Origin: a phage
Strand: one strand, 5' to 3'
DNA length: 43,091 nt
Assembly: GCA_021146305.1 (NCBI GenBank)
Contig: GCA_021146305.1_4336.1
Part shown: positions 25,835 to 32,223 of the stretch, one piece after another
How the letters are laid out: each line of letters begins with the position of its first letter
How positions within the stretch are numbered: the stretch's first letter is position 1
Translations under genes and position numbers: made by a program
The notes under the pieces: generated by a model
Databases searched by the model: none
Told to the model about the DNA's origin: nothing
What the model saw: the letters and a program-made list of their open reading frames with translations, nothing else

Positions 25835-26275
25835 TCAGAGGTATCTCCCGCACGTTTCACATATTTTTGTACCAAACGGCGCGGAGCCATCTGTTACTAC
25901 ATAATAGTAACTGTGGCGGCATTCCTGCGCGTCTTCTTTCCGGCAACCGGATTTCTCAGGCGCATCCTTACATCCGAGTTCCTCAAGTGCTTTGCTAAGG
26001 TATTGGCGGCGCAGGGTGTCAGTCATTGCACTATTTGCCCGCCGGATGTACCCAATCGCGCCTTTAGGGTCCAGGTCAACGATTGAACGAAGACACATAA
26101 CCTCGTTTTCAGCGCAATCCAGCGCACAGGTTAGTTCCTTAATCTGCGCCGACGCGTCACGTAACTGATTCTTTAGTGACTGCACTTCATGCACCAGGTC
26201 TTCGCACTGGTTGCTGTTTACCTGCTGCCGTAGTTGGTCAATCAGGTACTCGAATACTTCGTTTTTGTTACTCAT
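25835..26275 (-). CDS. coiled-coil protein with shared domain and C-terminal Cys4 motif
   Basis: 146 aa; GAGGAG RBS; N-terminal coiled coil, central IGYIRRANSAMTDTLRRQYLSKALEEL shared with 23660-23857, C-terminal C-x7-C ... C-x2-C zinc-ribbon-like motif. Confidence 0.55.
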   Translation of the reverse strand: MSNKNEVFEYLIDQLRQQVNSNQCEDLVHEVQSLKNQLRDASAQIKELTCALDCAENEVMCLRSIVDLDPKGAIGYIRRANSAMTDTLRRQYLSKALEELGCKDAPEKSGCRKEDAQECRHSYYYVVTDGSAPFGTKICETCGRYL

Positions 26276-26306
26276 CTTCTGTCTCTCCTCTAGTTTGTGT
26301 AAATGA

Positions 26307-26335
26307 ATAGTAGCCTATTCTATCTTAGTGTGCAA
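26307..26335 (-). promoter_or_regulatory. sigma70-like promoter with operator palindrome (leftward)
   Basis: Minus-strand TTGCAC (plus 26330-26335), 17-bp spacer, TACTAT (26307-26312); perfect palindrome GAATAG-tagc-CTATTC at 26305-26320. Confidence 0.55.
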
Positions 26336-26356
26336 GTAAATTTTATTGGTGTTTGT

Positions 26357-26446
26357 ATTGTCGCATTTCCTGCAATAGTCGCTTGGATTGTTGCATCTCC
26401 TGCAATAGTCGCTTGGATTGTTGCGTTTGGTGAAAGTGTCGCTTTT
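26357..26446. repeat. 30-bp tandem direct repeats (2 near-identical copies + 1 degenerate)
   Basis: attgtcgcatttcctgcaatagtcgcttgg (26357-26386), attgttgcatctcctgcaatagtcgcttgg (26387-26416), degenerate third copy 26417-26446. Confidence 0.8.
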
Positions 26447-26468
26447 TGACGACACTAAGTTAAAGTTG

Positions 26469-26490
26469 TACGCTGCTGTGTAGCAGCGTA
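26469..26490. other. perfect hairpin (9-bp stem, 4-nt loop)
   Basis: TACGCTGCT-gtgt-AGCAGCGTA; a second hairpin AGTGTCG-(8 nt)-CGACACT lies at 26435-26456; both downstream of small ORF 26513-26662 and may act as minus-strand terminator or protein-binding site. Confidence 0.5.
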
Positions 26491-26512
26491 AGTCACTAAG
26501 CCAAATATTAAC

Positions 26513-26662
26513 CTATTGACCTGTTACACCAGCTCCGGCTTGCACACCAGCTTTCCACGCCCGCCACGCGAGACGTGTCTTAACGTTCAGGTACTCTTTC
26601 TTCGAACCCTTGTTAACCGGCAGGCCCTCGACGACGGCCCACCGTTCGAATGCTTCTCTCAT
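26513..26662 (-). CDS. small hypothetical protein
   Basis: 49 aa read manually (MREAFERWAVVEGLPVNKGSKKEYLNVKTRLAWRAWKAGVQAGAGVTGQ); ATGA overlap with the upstream ORF. Confidence 0.35.
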   Translation of the reverse strand: MREAFERWAVVEGLPVNKGSKKEYLNVKTRLAWRAWKAGVQAGAGVTGQ

Positions 26663-26805
26663 ACCAGAACCTCGCATTCATCCCGATACACGAACAATAA
26701 TGACCCTTTGTACTCAATCATAAAACCATAATGGTTGCTGCTGAACGCCAGAAAAACATCACCTACCGAGATACCGAAATCTATAAGCCTGCGTCGAATT
26801 TTCAT
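26659..26805 (-). CDS. small hypothetical protein
   Basis: 48 aa read manually (MKIRRRLIDFGISVGDVFLAFSSNHYGFMIEYKGSLLFVYRDECEVLV); GGAGG RBS; TAATG coupling. Confidence 0.35.
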   Translation of the reverse strand: MKIRRRLIDFGISVGDVFLAFSSNHYGFMIEYKGSLLFVYRDECEVLV

Positions 26806-26993
26806 TAACGGCAACCTCCCTCAGAGTCGTCGGCACGAGCATCATGATTAGATGCCGTTCTCTCCCTCACTTCGACCATCCTTCCTACCTCTGCGGCGTA
26901 ATACACATACAGCTTTATTGCGTAATCTTTATTACTTGTCGTCTCTGAGATAACCCCGTCGACGTATACGTCATAAATTAATTCTCCCATCAC
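26805..26993 (-). CDS. hypothetical protein
   Basis: 62 aa, acidic C-terminus; ATGA overlap with the upstream gene. Confidence 0.45.
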   Translation of the reverse strand: MMGELIYDVYVDGVISETTSNKDYAIKLYVYYAAEVGRMVEVRERTASNHDARADDSEGGCR

Positions 26994-27175
26994 TTCGCCC
27001 CTTTGAATTTAAAATTGTTGCCGATGAGTTCTAAATCACATTTACGGAGTAACCCTTTGCCGTAACCTGCGACGCTATTAACCTCCACAAAACCGAACCA
27101 CATTAGCTTCGATTCTATTATCGTAAATAAATTGCCTGTAAATTTATTCCGCACCAATTGACCCTTCTTAAACAT
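26990..27175 (-). CDS. hypothetical protein, first gene of the leftward early operon
   Basis: 61 aa from ATG 27173-27175 with AAGGAG RBS; about 30 bp downstream of the promoter at 27211-27239. Confidence 0.5.
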   Translation of the reverse strand: MFKKGQLVRNKFTGNLFTIIESKLMWFGFVEVNSVAGYGKGLLRKCDLELIGNNFKFKGAK

Positions 27176-27210
27176 AACCCTCACTCCTTATGTCTCGTTT
27201 CGATAAGTGA

Positions 27211-27239
27211 ATAGTAGCCTATTATGTTGGGGTGTGCAA
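27211..27239 (-). promoter_or_regulatory. sigma70-like promoter with operator palindrome (leftward early)
   Basis: Minus-strand TTGCAC (plus 27234-27239), 17-bp spacer, TACTAT (27211-27216); palindrome GAATAG-tagc-CTATTA at 27209-27224. Confidence 0.55.
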
Positions 27240-27281
27240 GAGATTAGTTACGTTGCCGTTGTGATTCTTTTGTTTCTTTAA

Positions 27282-27337
27282 AGAGTACGCAACGCAGTGG
27301 GTGGGCGTTAGCCCACCCCAGCGGAGTGAAGTACTCT
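27282..27337. other. nested stem-loop in the early-left leader
   Basis: Outer inverted repeat AGAGTAC (27282-27288) / GTACTCT (27331-27337) enclosing inner hairpin GGGTGGGC-gtta-GCCCACCC (27299-27318). Confidence 0.45.
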
Positions 27338-27404
27338 CTACCTTGCTTACGGCAACTATAGAAACTTTTAATTATCAGTGACTTGAGTATTTAGGCGGGA
27401 TTAA

Positions 27405-27548
27405 CAATAGACTTTGGCCCTTCCGAAAGCGCCAGCGGAACTACACTCAAGTGCCTAATGGCACGCGTTGCGTTCCCTGCCGCTCCGCGGTCGCTTGCGA
27501 TATCTCACAAGCTCAGTGAAGCTTAGCATATTTTTAAGTAAAAGTCAA
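27405..27548 (-). promoter_or_regulatory. conserved promoter + structured leader module, copy 2
   Basis: Leftward promoter TTGACT (plus 27543-27548), 17-bp spacer, TAAGCT (27520-27525); leader 27405-27512 aligns with copy 1; stem gtgcc-taat-ggcac (27451-27464) replaces ggac-ttac-gtcc of copy 1. Confidence 0.55.
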
Positions 27549-27595
27549 TACCAGAAGCATCTTTTGTATCTTAGTAACTTTGTGTGGTGTTTTGG

Positions 27596-27624
27596 TTGCT
27601 TTTACATTCACGCTATCCTATACT
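27596..27624 (+). promoter_or_regulatory. sigma70-like promoter (rightward early)
   Basis: TTGCTT (27596-27601), 17-bp spacer, TATACT (27619-27624); about 30 bp upstream of ATG 27656. Confidence 0.5.
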
Positions 27625-27655
27625 CGTTTTCACCAAACAAACAGGAGATATAAAA

Positions 27656-27838
27656 ATGCAGCATTACATGACACAGAATGAAGTGGCTGAACGTATCGGG
27701 GTGACACGTCAAACCATTAATAACTGGTTGCGCAGCGGTAAATTCCCTGATTGCTGTATTAAGGTTATGGGTCGCCGTTTACCAGGAACATTTGACCGTA
27801 ATAAAGTTGAAGCATGGATTAAGGAGAACGTGAAATGA
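27656..27838 (+). CDS. HTH DNA-binding protein (AlpA / excisionase-like)
   Basis: 61 aa from ATG 27656 with AGGAGA RBS; helix-turn-helix VAERIGVTRQTINNWLRSG. Confidence 0.55.
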   Translation: MQHYMTQNEVAERIGVTRQTINNWLRSGKFPDCCIKVMGRRLPGTFDRNKVEAWIKENVK

Positions 27839-28047
27839 TTGGGCGTATGGGTTGTTACTTTGAAAACTGTAAAGTTAAATACTGGTTTAAGTTTGCGTCG
27901 GAAATTACTGACAGCGGATTCTATGCGGAAATATGTAAGCCTAATCATTTGTCGGAACCGACACGCATTATTAAGATGTCAGCAGACGTGTTAAGTAAAT
28001 GCCGCTTCTATGATTCCGAGCACGCGTGGTTTTCTGGTTGTAAATAA
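27835..28047 (+). CDS. hypothetical Cys-rich protein
   Basis: 70 aa; ATGA coupling to the HTH gene. Confidence 0.45.
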   Translation: MIGRMGCYFENCKVKYWFKFASEITDSGFYAEICKPNHLSEPTRIIKMSADVLSKCRFYDSEHAWFSGCK

Positions 28048-28115
28048 AAGAAACCCCAACGCCAGAACGTCGGGGCTAAAGTACAAATCATCAAAGTAAG
28101 CATAAGGATTATACA

Positions 28116-28244
28116 ATGACAAAGTTAATAGTTCCACAGCTACGCCGCCAGAAACACGGCGCTGATTTCTTCGCACCGGTAAAGATGAACCGCGCAATGC
28201 GCCGTATGCAGGAAGCCTTAGAACGTGCGGAGAAAAAGAAATGA
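28116..28244 (+). CDS. small basic protein
   Basis: 42 aa (MTKLIVPQLRRQKHGADFFAPVKMNRAMRRMQEALERAEKKK); AAGGA RBS; stop overlaps the ATG of the next gene. Confidence 0.35.
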   Translation: MTKLIVPQLRRQKHGADFFAPVKMNRAMRRMQEALERAEKKK

Positions 28245-30493
28245 ATATTGTTTTTGCAACGCTGCGTAACACATTCGATAAAAACCCTGTAGCGCGTGAA
28301 ATGCCGCTGGAGCAGTTCGTAGAGTATGTCTGCGATACATCGAAGCGTTTATCCGTGGATCCGTCGTGGTCTAAGGAAGAGTACGACGCTGCCAAGATTA
28401 AGCAGAAAGCTATTGCGCCTGTTGGTGGTCGCCGTAAGAACGCTATTCTTGAAGACAGTGTGGTTAAGTTCGACTTTGACCATCTCAACCGTACTCAGTA
28501 CCGCGACCTGACCCGCAAATTCAAGAACGCTCCGTTCTTCAATATTCTGCACACAACGGCGTCGCATCAGCACGCGTGTAAAAACGGTGATTACGCCTTT
28601 CGCGTTCTGGTTCCGGCTCGCACTCCGTTTAACTCTAACGACGCGTGGATGGTGCAACGTGCTATTTGTGCAGAGTTAGAAATAGATGAAGCCTTGCGTG
28701 ACCACTGCACGGAAGACGGCAACCGCCTTATCTATCTGCCACATAGAGAGTCAAAGATAACGGTTACAGAAGGGCGTGTTATCCGTGCCGAGCGGTACAT
28801 CAAGAAAGCCGAAGAGATGGGGTTGAGTAAACGTGAAGTTAAGACACTTGCCGCCGATGAGTATGGGCTTAACGCTGATATAGCGCATTTCTGCGAAGCC
28901 GAGCTTGGCCTTGACGCTTTATCTTCCGGGCGCGGGTACGAAGTCCCATGCCCTAACGAACATCTGCATACAGGCAAAGGCTCCACAAGCATCATGCTTG
29001 ATGGTAAAGAAGTGCGCTTTGTGTGCCAGCATACAAACAACGGCGCTTGCACCGAGCTTAACCGCCGACAGCATTTGGCCCTGCGTATGTGCGGCCTGCC
29101 AGACGAGCTTAACGTAGACAAGCAACCTATCAGTATTAACAGCATTCGTGCGGCTCTGCCTGATTTACCGGATGAAGAGATTGAAGAACTGCACCGCACA
29201 GAGAACGAGGAGCCTGTAACTTGCACGCTGGAAGACCTTGAAGAAGAGGACGAGTTACCAGAACCGGTAAAGGCTGATTTCGTCGTAGAAGGGTACATGC
29301 CGTCGGATTGTATCTGGGATATTGTCGGGGAATCCGGCACGTACAAATCATTCTATACGCTGGGGATGATGTACCTGAGCGCCACCGGGTACCGGTTTGC
29401 GGGGGCTGACACCCAACGTTGCCACCATTTCTATATTGACGGCGAGGGTGGTGCAGCTACACGAACACGTATTGATGCACTCGCGGCTAAATATGGCGAG
29501 GAAGGTAAAGATTATGTACATGTCATCGATATGGGCGAAATACTCGCTACGCATGGTGATAAAAAAATTCCAGCTCTAATCCGCAGGATGCGCGAAACCG
29601 CAGGGGATGAACCTATTGGCATGGTTGCCTTCGACACCCTTAACCAGACGCTGGCCCTGACGATTGATAAGTTCGACGAGAACAGTTCATCAACGGCAAT
29701 CGGTATGGGTAAAGTTATCGCCATCCTGAAAGAAGTGCGCGATGCAACTAAAGCCGCTGTCGGTGTCGTTCACCATACTCCGAAGGGCGGAAAGAAAGCC
29801 CGCGGCAGTGGAGCATTGTATGCGGGTGTCGACGTGGAACTGACAATCGAACGCGCTACCGACCGTCAGATAAACGTATACCACTCTAAATTTAAGCACG
29901 GTCCGCAACAGAAGACGGTTGGCATGGTACTGGAGTCTGTACAGTTCCGTGAAGCACCGCCGCCGAAAGAGTACCGCGCGGTTGAGTTCCTCGGTAGCAC
30001 AGAGGAATACGGCACAATAGTAAACCTTGACCTGCCTGAGCCGCACAAGGCGCTTGTATTGATGCCGTGGGGTTTCGAGCCGTTCAAAACTGACGAGGAG
30101 AAAGAGCGGGAAGAAGGGTTGACGAAAGAAGGTAAAGAAAATGTACGTAAAACCGTAGAGAACGCCGTCAACAGTTCGGAGGCCACGATACTCGCGGCGT
30201 TTGAACTGGCGGAAGGAACCTACAACGGCAACGAAGGCATCACGGTATCCGCAGCGAATAAGCTCGCGCAGTCTGGCCCCAACGCAAAGGCGTTTAACTC
30301 CAAAGAAGCCATAGAACGCGGGAAGATTAAGAAAATGGTTGAGGCTGGGTATCTTGTTCCGGGTACTGACGAAAACAATCAGATAATCCCAGGCCGTTAC
30401 AGACTGAACACCATGATAACAGATAACAAGATTCCGAAGACAATATACGAACCGAATGAAATGCTGACAGTGACCGAGGAGGATTTGGAATGA
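28241..30493 (+). CDS. replication protein: primase-like N-terminal region + RecA/DnaB-type P-loop ATPase
   Basis: 750 aa; Cys/His cluster (CPNEHLH...C..H...C) suggesting a zinc-binding primase-like domain; central Walker A GESGTYKS; acidic C-terminal region. Confidence 0.55.
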   Translation: MNIVFATLRNTFDKNPVAREMPLEQFVEYVCDTSKRLSVDPSWSKEEYDAAKIKQKAIAPVGGRRKNAILEDSVVKFDFDHLNRTQYRDLTRKFKNAPFFNILHTTASHQHACKNGDYAFRVLVPARTPFNSNDAWMVQRAICAELEIDEALRDHCTEDGNRLIYLPHRESKITVTEGRVIRAERYIKKAEEMGLSKREVKTLAADEYGLNADIAHFCEAELGLDALSSGRGYEVPCPNEHLHTGKGSTSIMLDGKEVRFVCQHTNNGACTELNRRQHLALRMCGLPDELNVDKQPISINSIRAALPDLPDEEIEELHRTENEEPVTCTLEDLEEEDELPEPVKADFVVEGYMPSDCIWDIVGESGTYKSFYTLGMMYLSATGYRFAGADTQRCHHFYIDGEGGAATRTRIDALAAKYGEEGKDYVHVIDMGEILATHGDKKIPALIRRMRETAGDEPIGMVAFDTLNQTLALTIDKFDENSSSTAIGMGKVIAILKEVRDATKAAVGVVHHTPKGGKKARGSGALYAGVDVELTIERATDRQINVYHSKFKHGPQQKTVGMVLESVQFREAPPPKEYRAVEFLGSTEEYGTIVNLDLPEPHKALVLMPWGFEPFKTDEEKEREEGLTKEGKENVRKTVENAVNSSEATILAAFELAEGTYNGNEGITVSAANKLAQSGPNAKAFNSKEAIERGKIKKMVEAGYLVPGTDENNQIIPGRYRLNTMITDNKIPKTIYEPNEMLTVTEEDLE

Positions 30494-30804
30494 ATATTTA
30501 CGATTTTATAGATAACCCGTTTAAAGCAGTGAAGGCAGGATACCGCCCGTCATACCTGACATGTGTTTCCGCTGTAAGCAACAACTGGTGGACTTTTTGT
30601 GTGTATGCAGCGGGGATTTTTGCGGAGTTTAAAGACATTTTAGACATGACGCTGGCAGAGATTATAAAGTGCCTTTTCAAATTAATTATATCGATAACTA
30701 TTGTTATAAGTTTTCCTGTAAGTGCGTGGTTTCTCGCCTGGATTCAGTACCTGAACGTGCAACACACTATTAAGAATTTGGAAGAACTCGATAAGTTGCT
30801 ATAA
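30490..30804 (+). CDS. membrane protein
   Basis: 104 aa with two to three hydrophobic helices; ATGA coupling to the upstream gene. Confidence 0.5.
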   Translation: MNIYDFIDNPFKAVKAGYRPSYLTCVSAVSNNWWTFCVYAAGIFAEFKDILDMTLAEIIKCLFKLIISITIVISFPVSAWFLAWIQYLNVQHTIKNLEELDKLL

Positions 30805-30827
30805 AAAGAAAGGGGCTTTAAGCCCCT
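30803..30827. terminator. intrinsic terminator (mainly minus strand)
   Basis: Hairpin AGGGGCT-tta-AGCCCCT (30811-30827) with A-run 30802-30810 on the plus strand (T-run on the minus strand); overlaps the last codons of the XRE gene. Confidence 0.5.
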
Positions 30828-31033
30828 TCACCTAACGCCAGCCACTTGGCGTCTACTTCCAGAACTTCCGCCAGTTTGAACAGCGTTGCCGGGCGGACGT
30901 CCTGAGTTACTCCAAGTGCCAGTTGGTTAATCGCGCCCTGGGAAACGCCGGTCAGGGCCGCCAAACGGCGCTGGGAGATGCCGAGTTCTTTACGGCGTTG
31001 TTCTACACGGATACCTAGTTCAGATGGTTGCAT
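30818..31033 (-). CDS. XRE-family (Cro/CI-type) HTH transcriptional regulator
   Basis: 71 aa; HTH ISQRRLAALTGVSQGAINQLALG; strong AAGGAG RBS; divergently oriented inside the rightward replication operon, with two operator palindromes just upstream. Confidence 0.75.
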   Translation of the reverse strand: MQPSELGIRVEQRRKELGISQRRLAALTGVSQGAINQLALGVTQDVRPATLFKLAEVLEVDAKWLALGEGA

Positions 31034-31062
31034 GTCAGTTACTCCTTAGTCAGTTGATATGT

Positions 31063-31126
31063 GAATAGTACCATATTAATTATTTTAGAAAAGCCCATTG
31101 ACATGTGAATAGTTCGCTATTATAGT
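31063..31126. promoter_or_regulatory. divergent promoter / operator region of the XRE gene
   Basis: Two palindromes GAATAG-tacc-ATATTA (31063-31078) and GAATAG-ttcg-CTATTA (31107-31122); rightward promoter TTGACA (31098-31103), 17-bp spacer, TATAGT (31121-31126); leftward promoter for the XRE gene has only a weak -35. Confidence 0.55.
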
Positions 31127-31154
31127 TAGCCCATACCAAACGAGAGGGGCAGAT

Positions 31155-31382
31155 ATGAACACAATCACTGGGGCCATAGCTAAAGGTTTTCGAGCAATTT
31201 TCGGCGCTCCGCAAGAAGTGTGCACAAAACATAAATTTGTACTTTCTTGCGTAGTAGGGGATGAGTTTGATGGGTTCGATAAACTTGTTGTCTGCGACCA
31301 TTGCGGGCAAGAAGCTATTCAACACTCAAACGGTAAATTTGAACTAATAGACGATAGCCTTACTGAAGGCGACGGTGAGTAA
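31155..31382 (+). CDS. hypothetical acidic protein
   Basis: 75 aa; Cys motif C..C...CDHC; first gene downstream of the promoter at 31098-31126. Confidence 0.45.
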   Translation: MNTITGAIAKGFRAIFGAPQEVCTKHKFVLSCVVGDEFDGFDKLVVCDHCGQEAIQHSNGKFELIDDSLTEGDGE

Positions 31383-31406
31383 CTTACACAAACAGGAGAG
31401 AAACAA

Positions 31407-31907
31407 ATGTTAGAGAAATTCTTAGTATTGCTGGAACGTTTCGTAGTTGCACATGAACTGATTGCCGCGAACAGTGCGAAACAAGTTGTTCAGGTTGCCA
31501 CGCCGCTGGAAGTAGAGACGGTATCGTACACCAAAGAAGCGGTAGCTGAGTGCGCTGAAGAAGCAACAAAAGAAATCCCGGTTGAAGGTGAAGACGTAGT
31601 TGACACTAAACCGGCGGAGGAAGAGAAGCCAAAACGCAAGCCGCGTAAAGCTAAAGTAGAGGAACCTGCGCCAGAACCGGAAGAAGAGAAAGAAGAAGTC
31701 GATTACAAGTCTCTGCGTGACCAGATTCAGGCCATCGACGATGCAATTAATGAAGGTCCTAGCGATGCCGCGTGCGATGATTCTGATGAACTGCTGGAAG
31801 AGTTCACAGGTAAGAAGATGAAGATTGCCGCGATTAAAGACGAAGACCTGGTTGAGTACCTGGAACGCCTGACAGCAATCAAGAACAAGTATTTCGGAGA
31901 AGAATAA
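31407..31907 (+). CDS. hypothetical acidic protein with Lys/Pro/Glu-rich linker
   Basis: 166 aa; AGGAGAGA RBS; central low-complexity KPAEEEKPKRKPRKAKVEEPAPEPEEEKEE. Confidence 0.5.
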   Translation: MLEKFLVLLERFVVAHELIAANSAKQVVQVATPLEVETVSYTKEAVAECAEEATKEIPVEGEDVVDTKPAEEEKPKRKPRKAKVEEPAPEPEEEKEEVDYKSLRDQIQAIDDAINEGPSDAACDDSDELLEEFTGKKMKIAAIKDEDLVEYLERLTAIKNKYFGEE

Positions 31908-31912
31908 CTATC

Positions 31913-31932
31913 AGGCGGCCTTCGGGCCGCTT
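31913..31932 (+). terminator. weak intrinsic terminator / attenuator
   Basis: Hairpin GGCGGCC-ttcg-GGCCGC followed by a short T-run. Confidence 0.4.
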
Positions 31933-31950
31933 TAACGGAGGGGCGGAAAT

Positions 31951-32223
31951 ATGATTTACCAACTCTACCGCGCCGTAGACAGGCGGGATAACACAGAGGC
32001 GTTGTGGCTGTTGCGTGCGCCGTCCGGTGCGCACCAGATGGAAGAGATGGCGTACTTAGGCAAAGTACCGCGTCCTAAAGATATAGGTCGTCACGTGTCG
32101 CGGATTAAACGCACGACATTCGCCAAGCCCGACTTTTATGTCTTCGAGTCGATGTATGGATGGGCCTTACATTGCGACCACAAGACACGGCATTTAATTG
32201 ACCAGTGGGAGAACAGAGCATGA
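31951..32223 (+). CDS. hypothetical protein
   Basis: 90 aa; GGAGGGG RBS. Confidence 0.45.
   Translation: MIYQLYRAVDRRDNTEALWLLRAPSGAHQMEEMAYLGKVPRPKDIGRHVSRIKRTTFAKPDFYVFESMYGWALHCDHKTRHLIDQWENRA

Noticed and set aside
25699-25890. 63-aa minus-strand ORF overlapping the 3' end of gene 25835-26275
   Set aside because: Overlaps a better-supported gene by 56 nt, has no convincing RBS and an Arg-rich composition; the 200-bp gap it partly fills is more likely regulatory.
26357-26446. Possible CRISPR array
   Set aside because: Only about three contiguous 30-bp units with no spacers and no cas genes; better described as tandem (iteron-like) repeats.
28732-29346. 204-aa minus-strand ORF (Ser/Cys/Arg-rich)
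   Set aside because: Antisense within the primase/helicase-like gene; shadow ORF.
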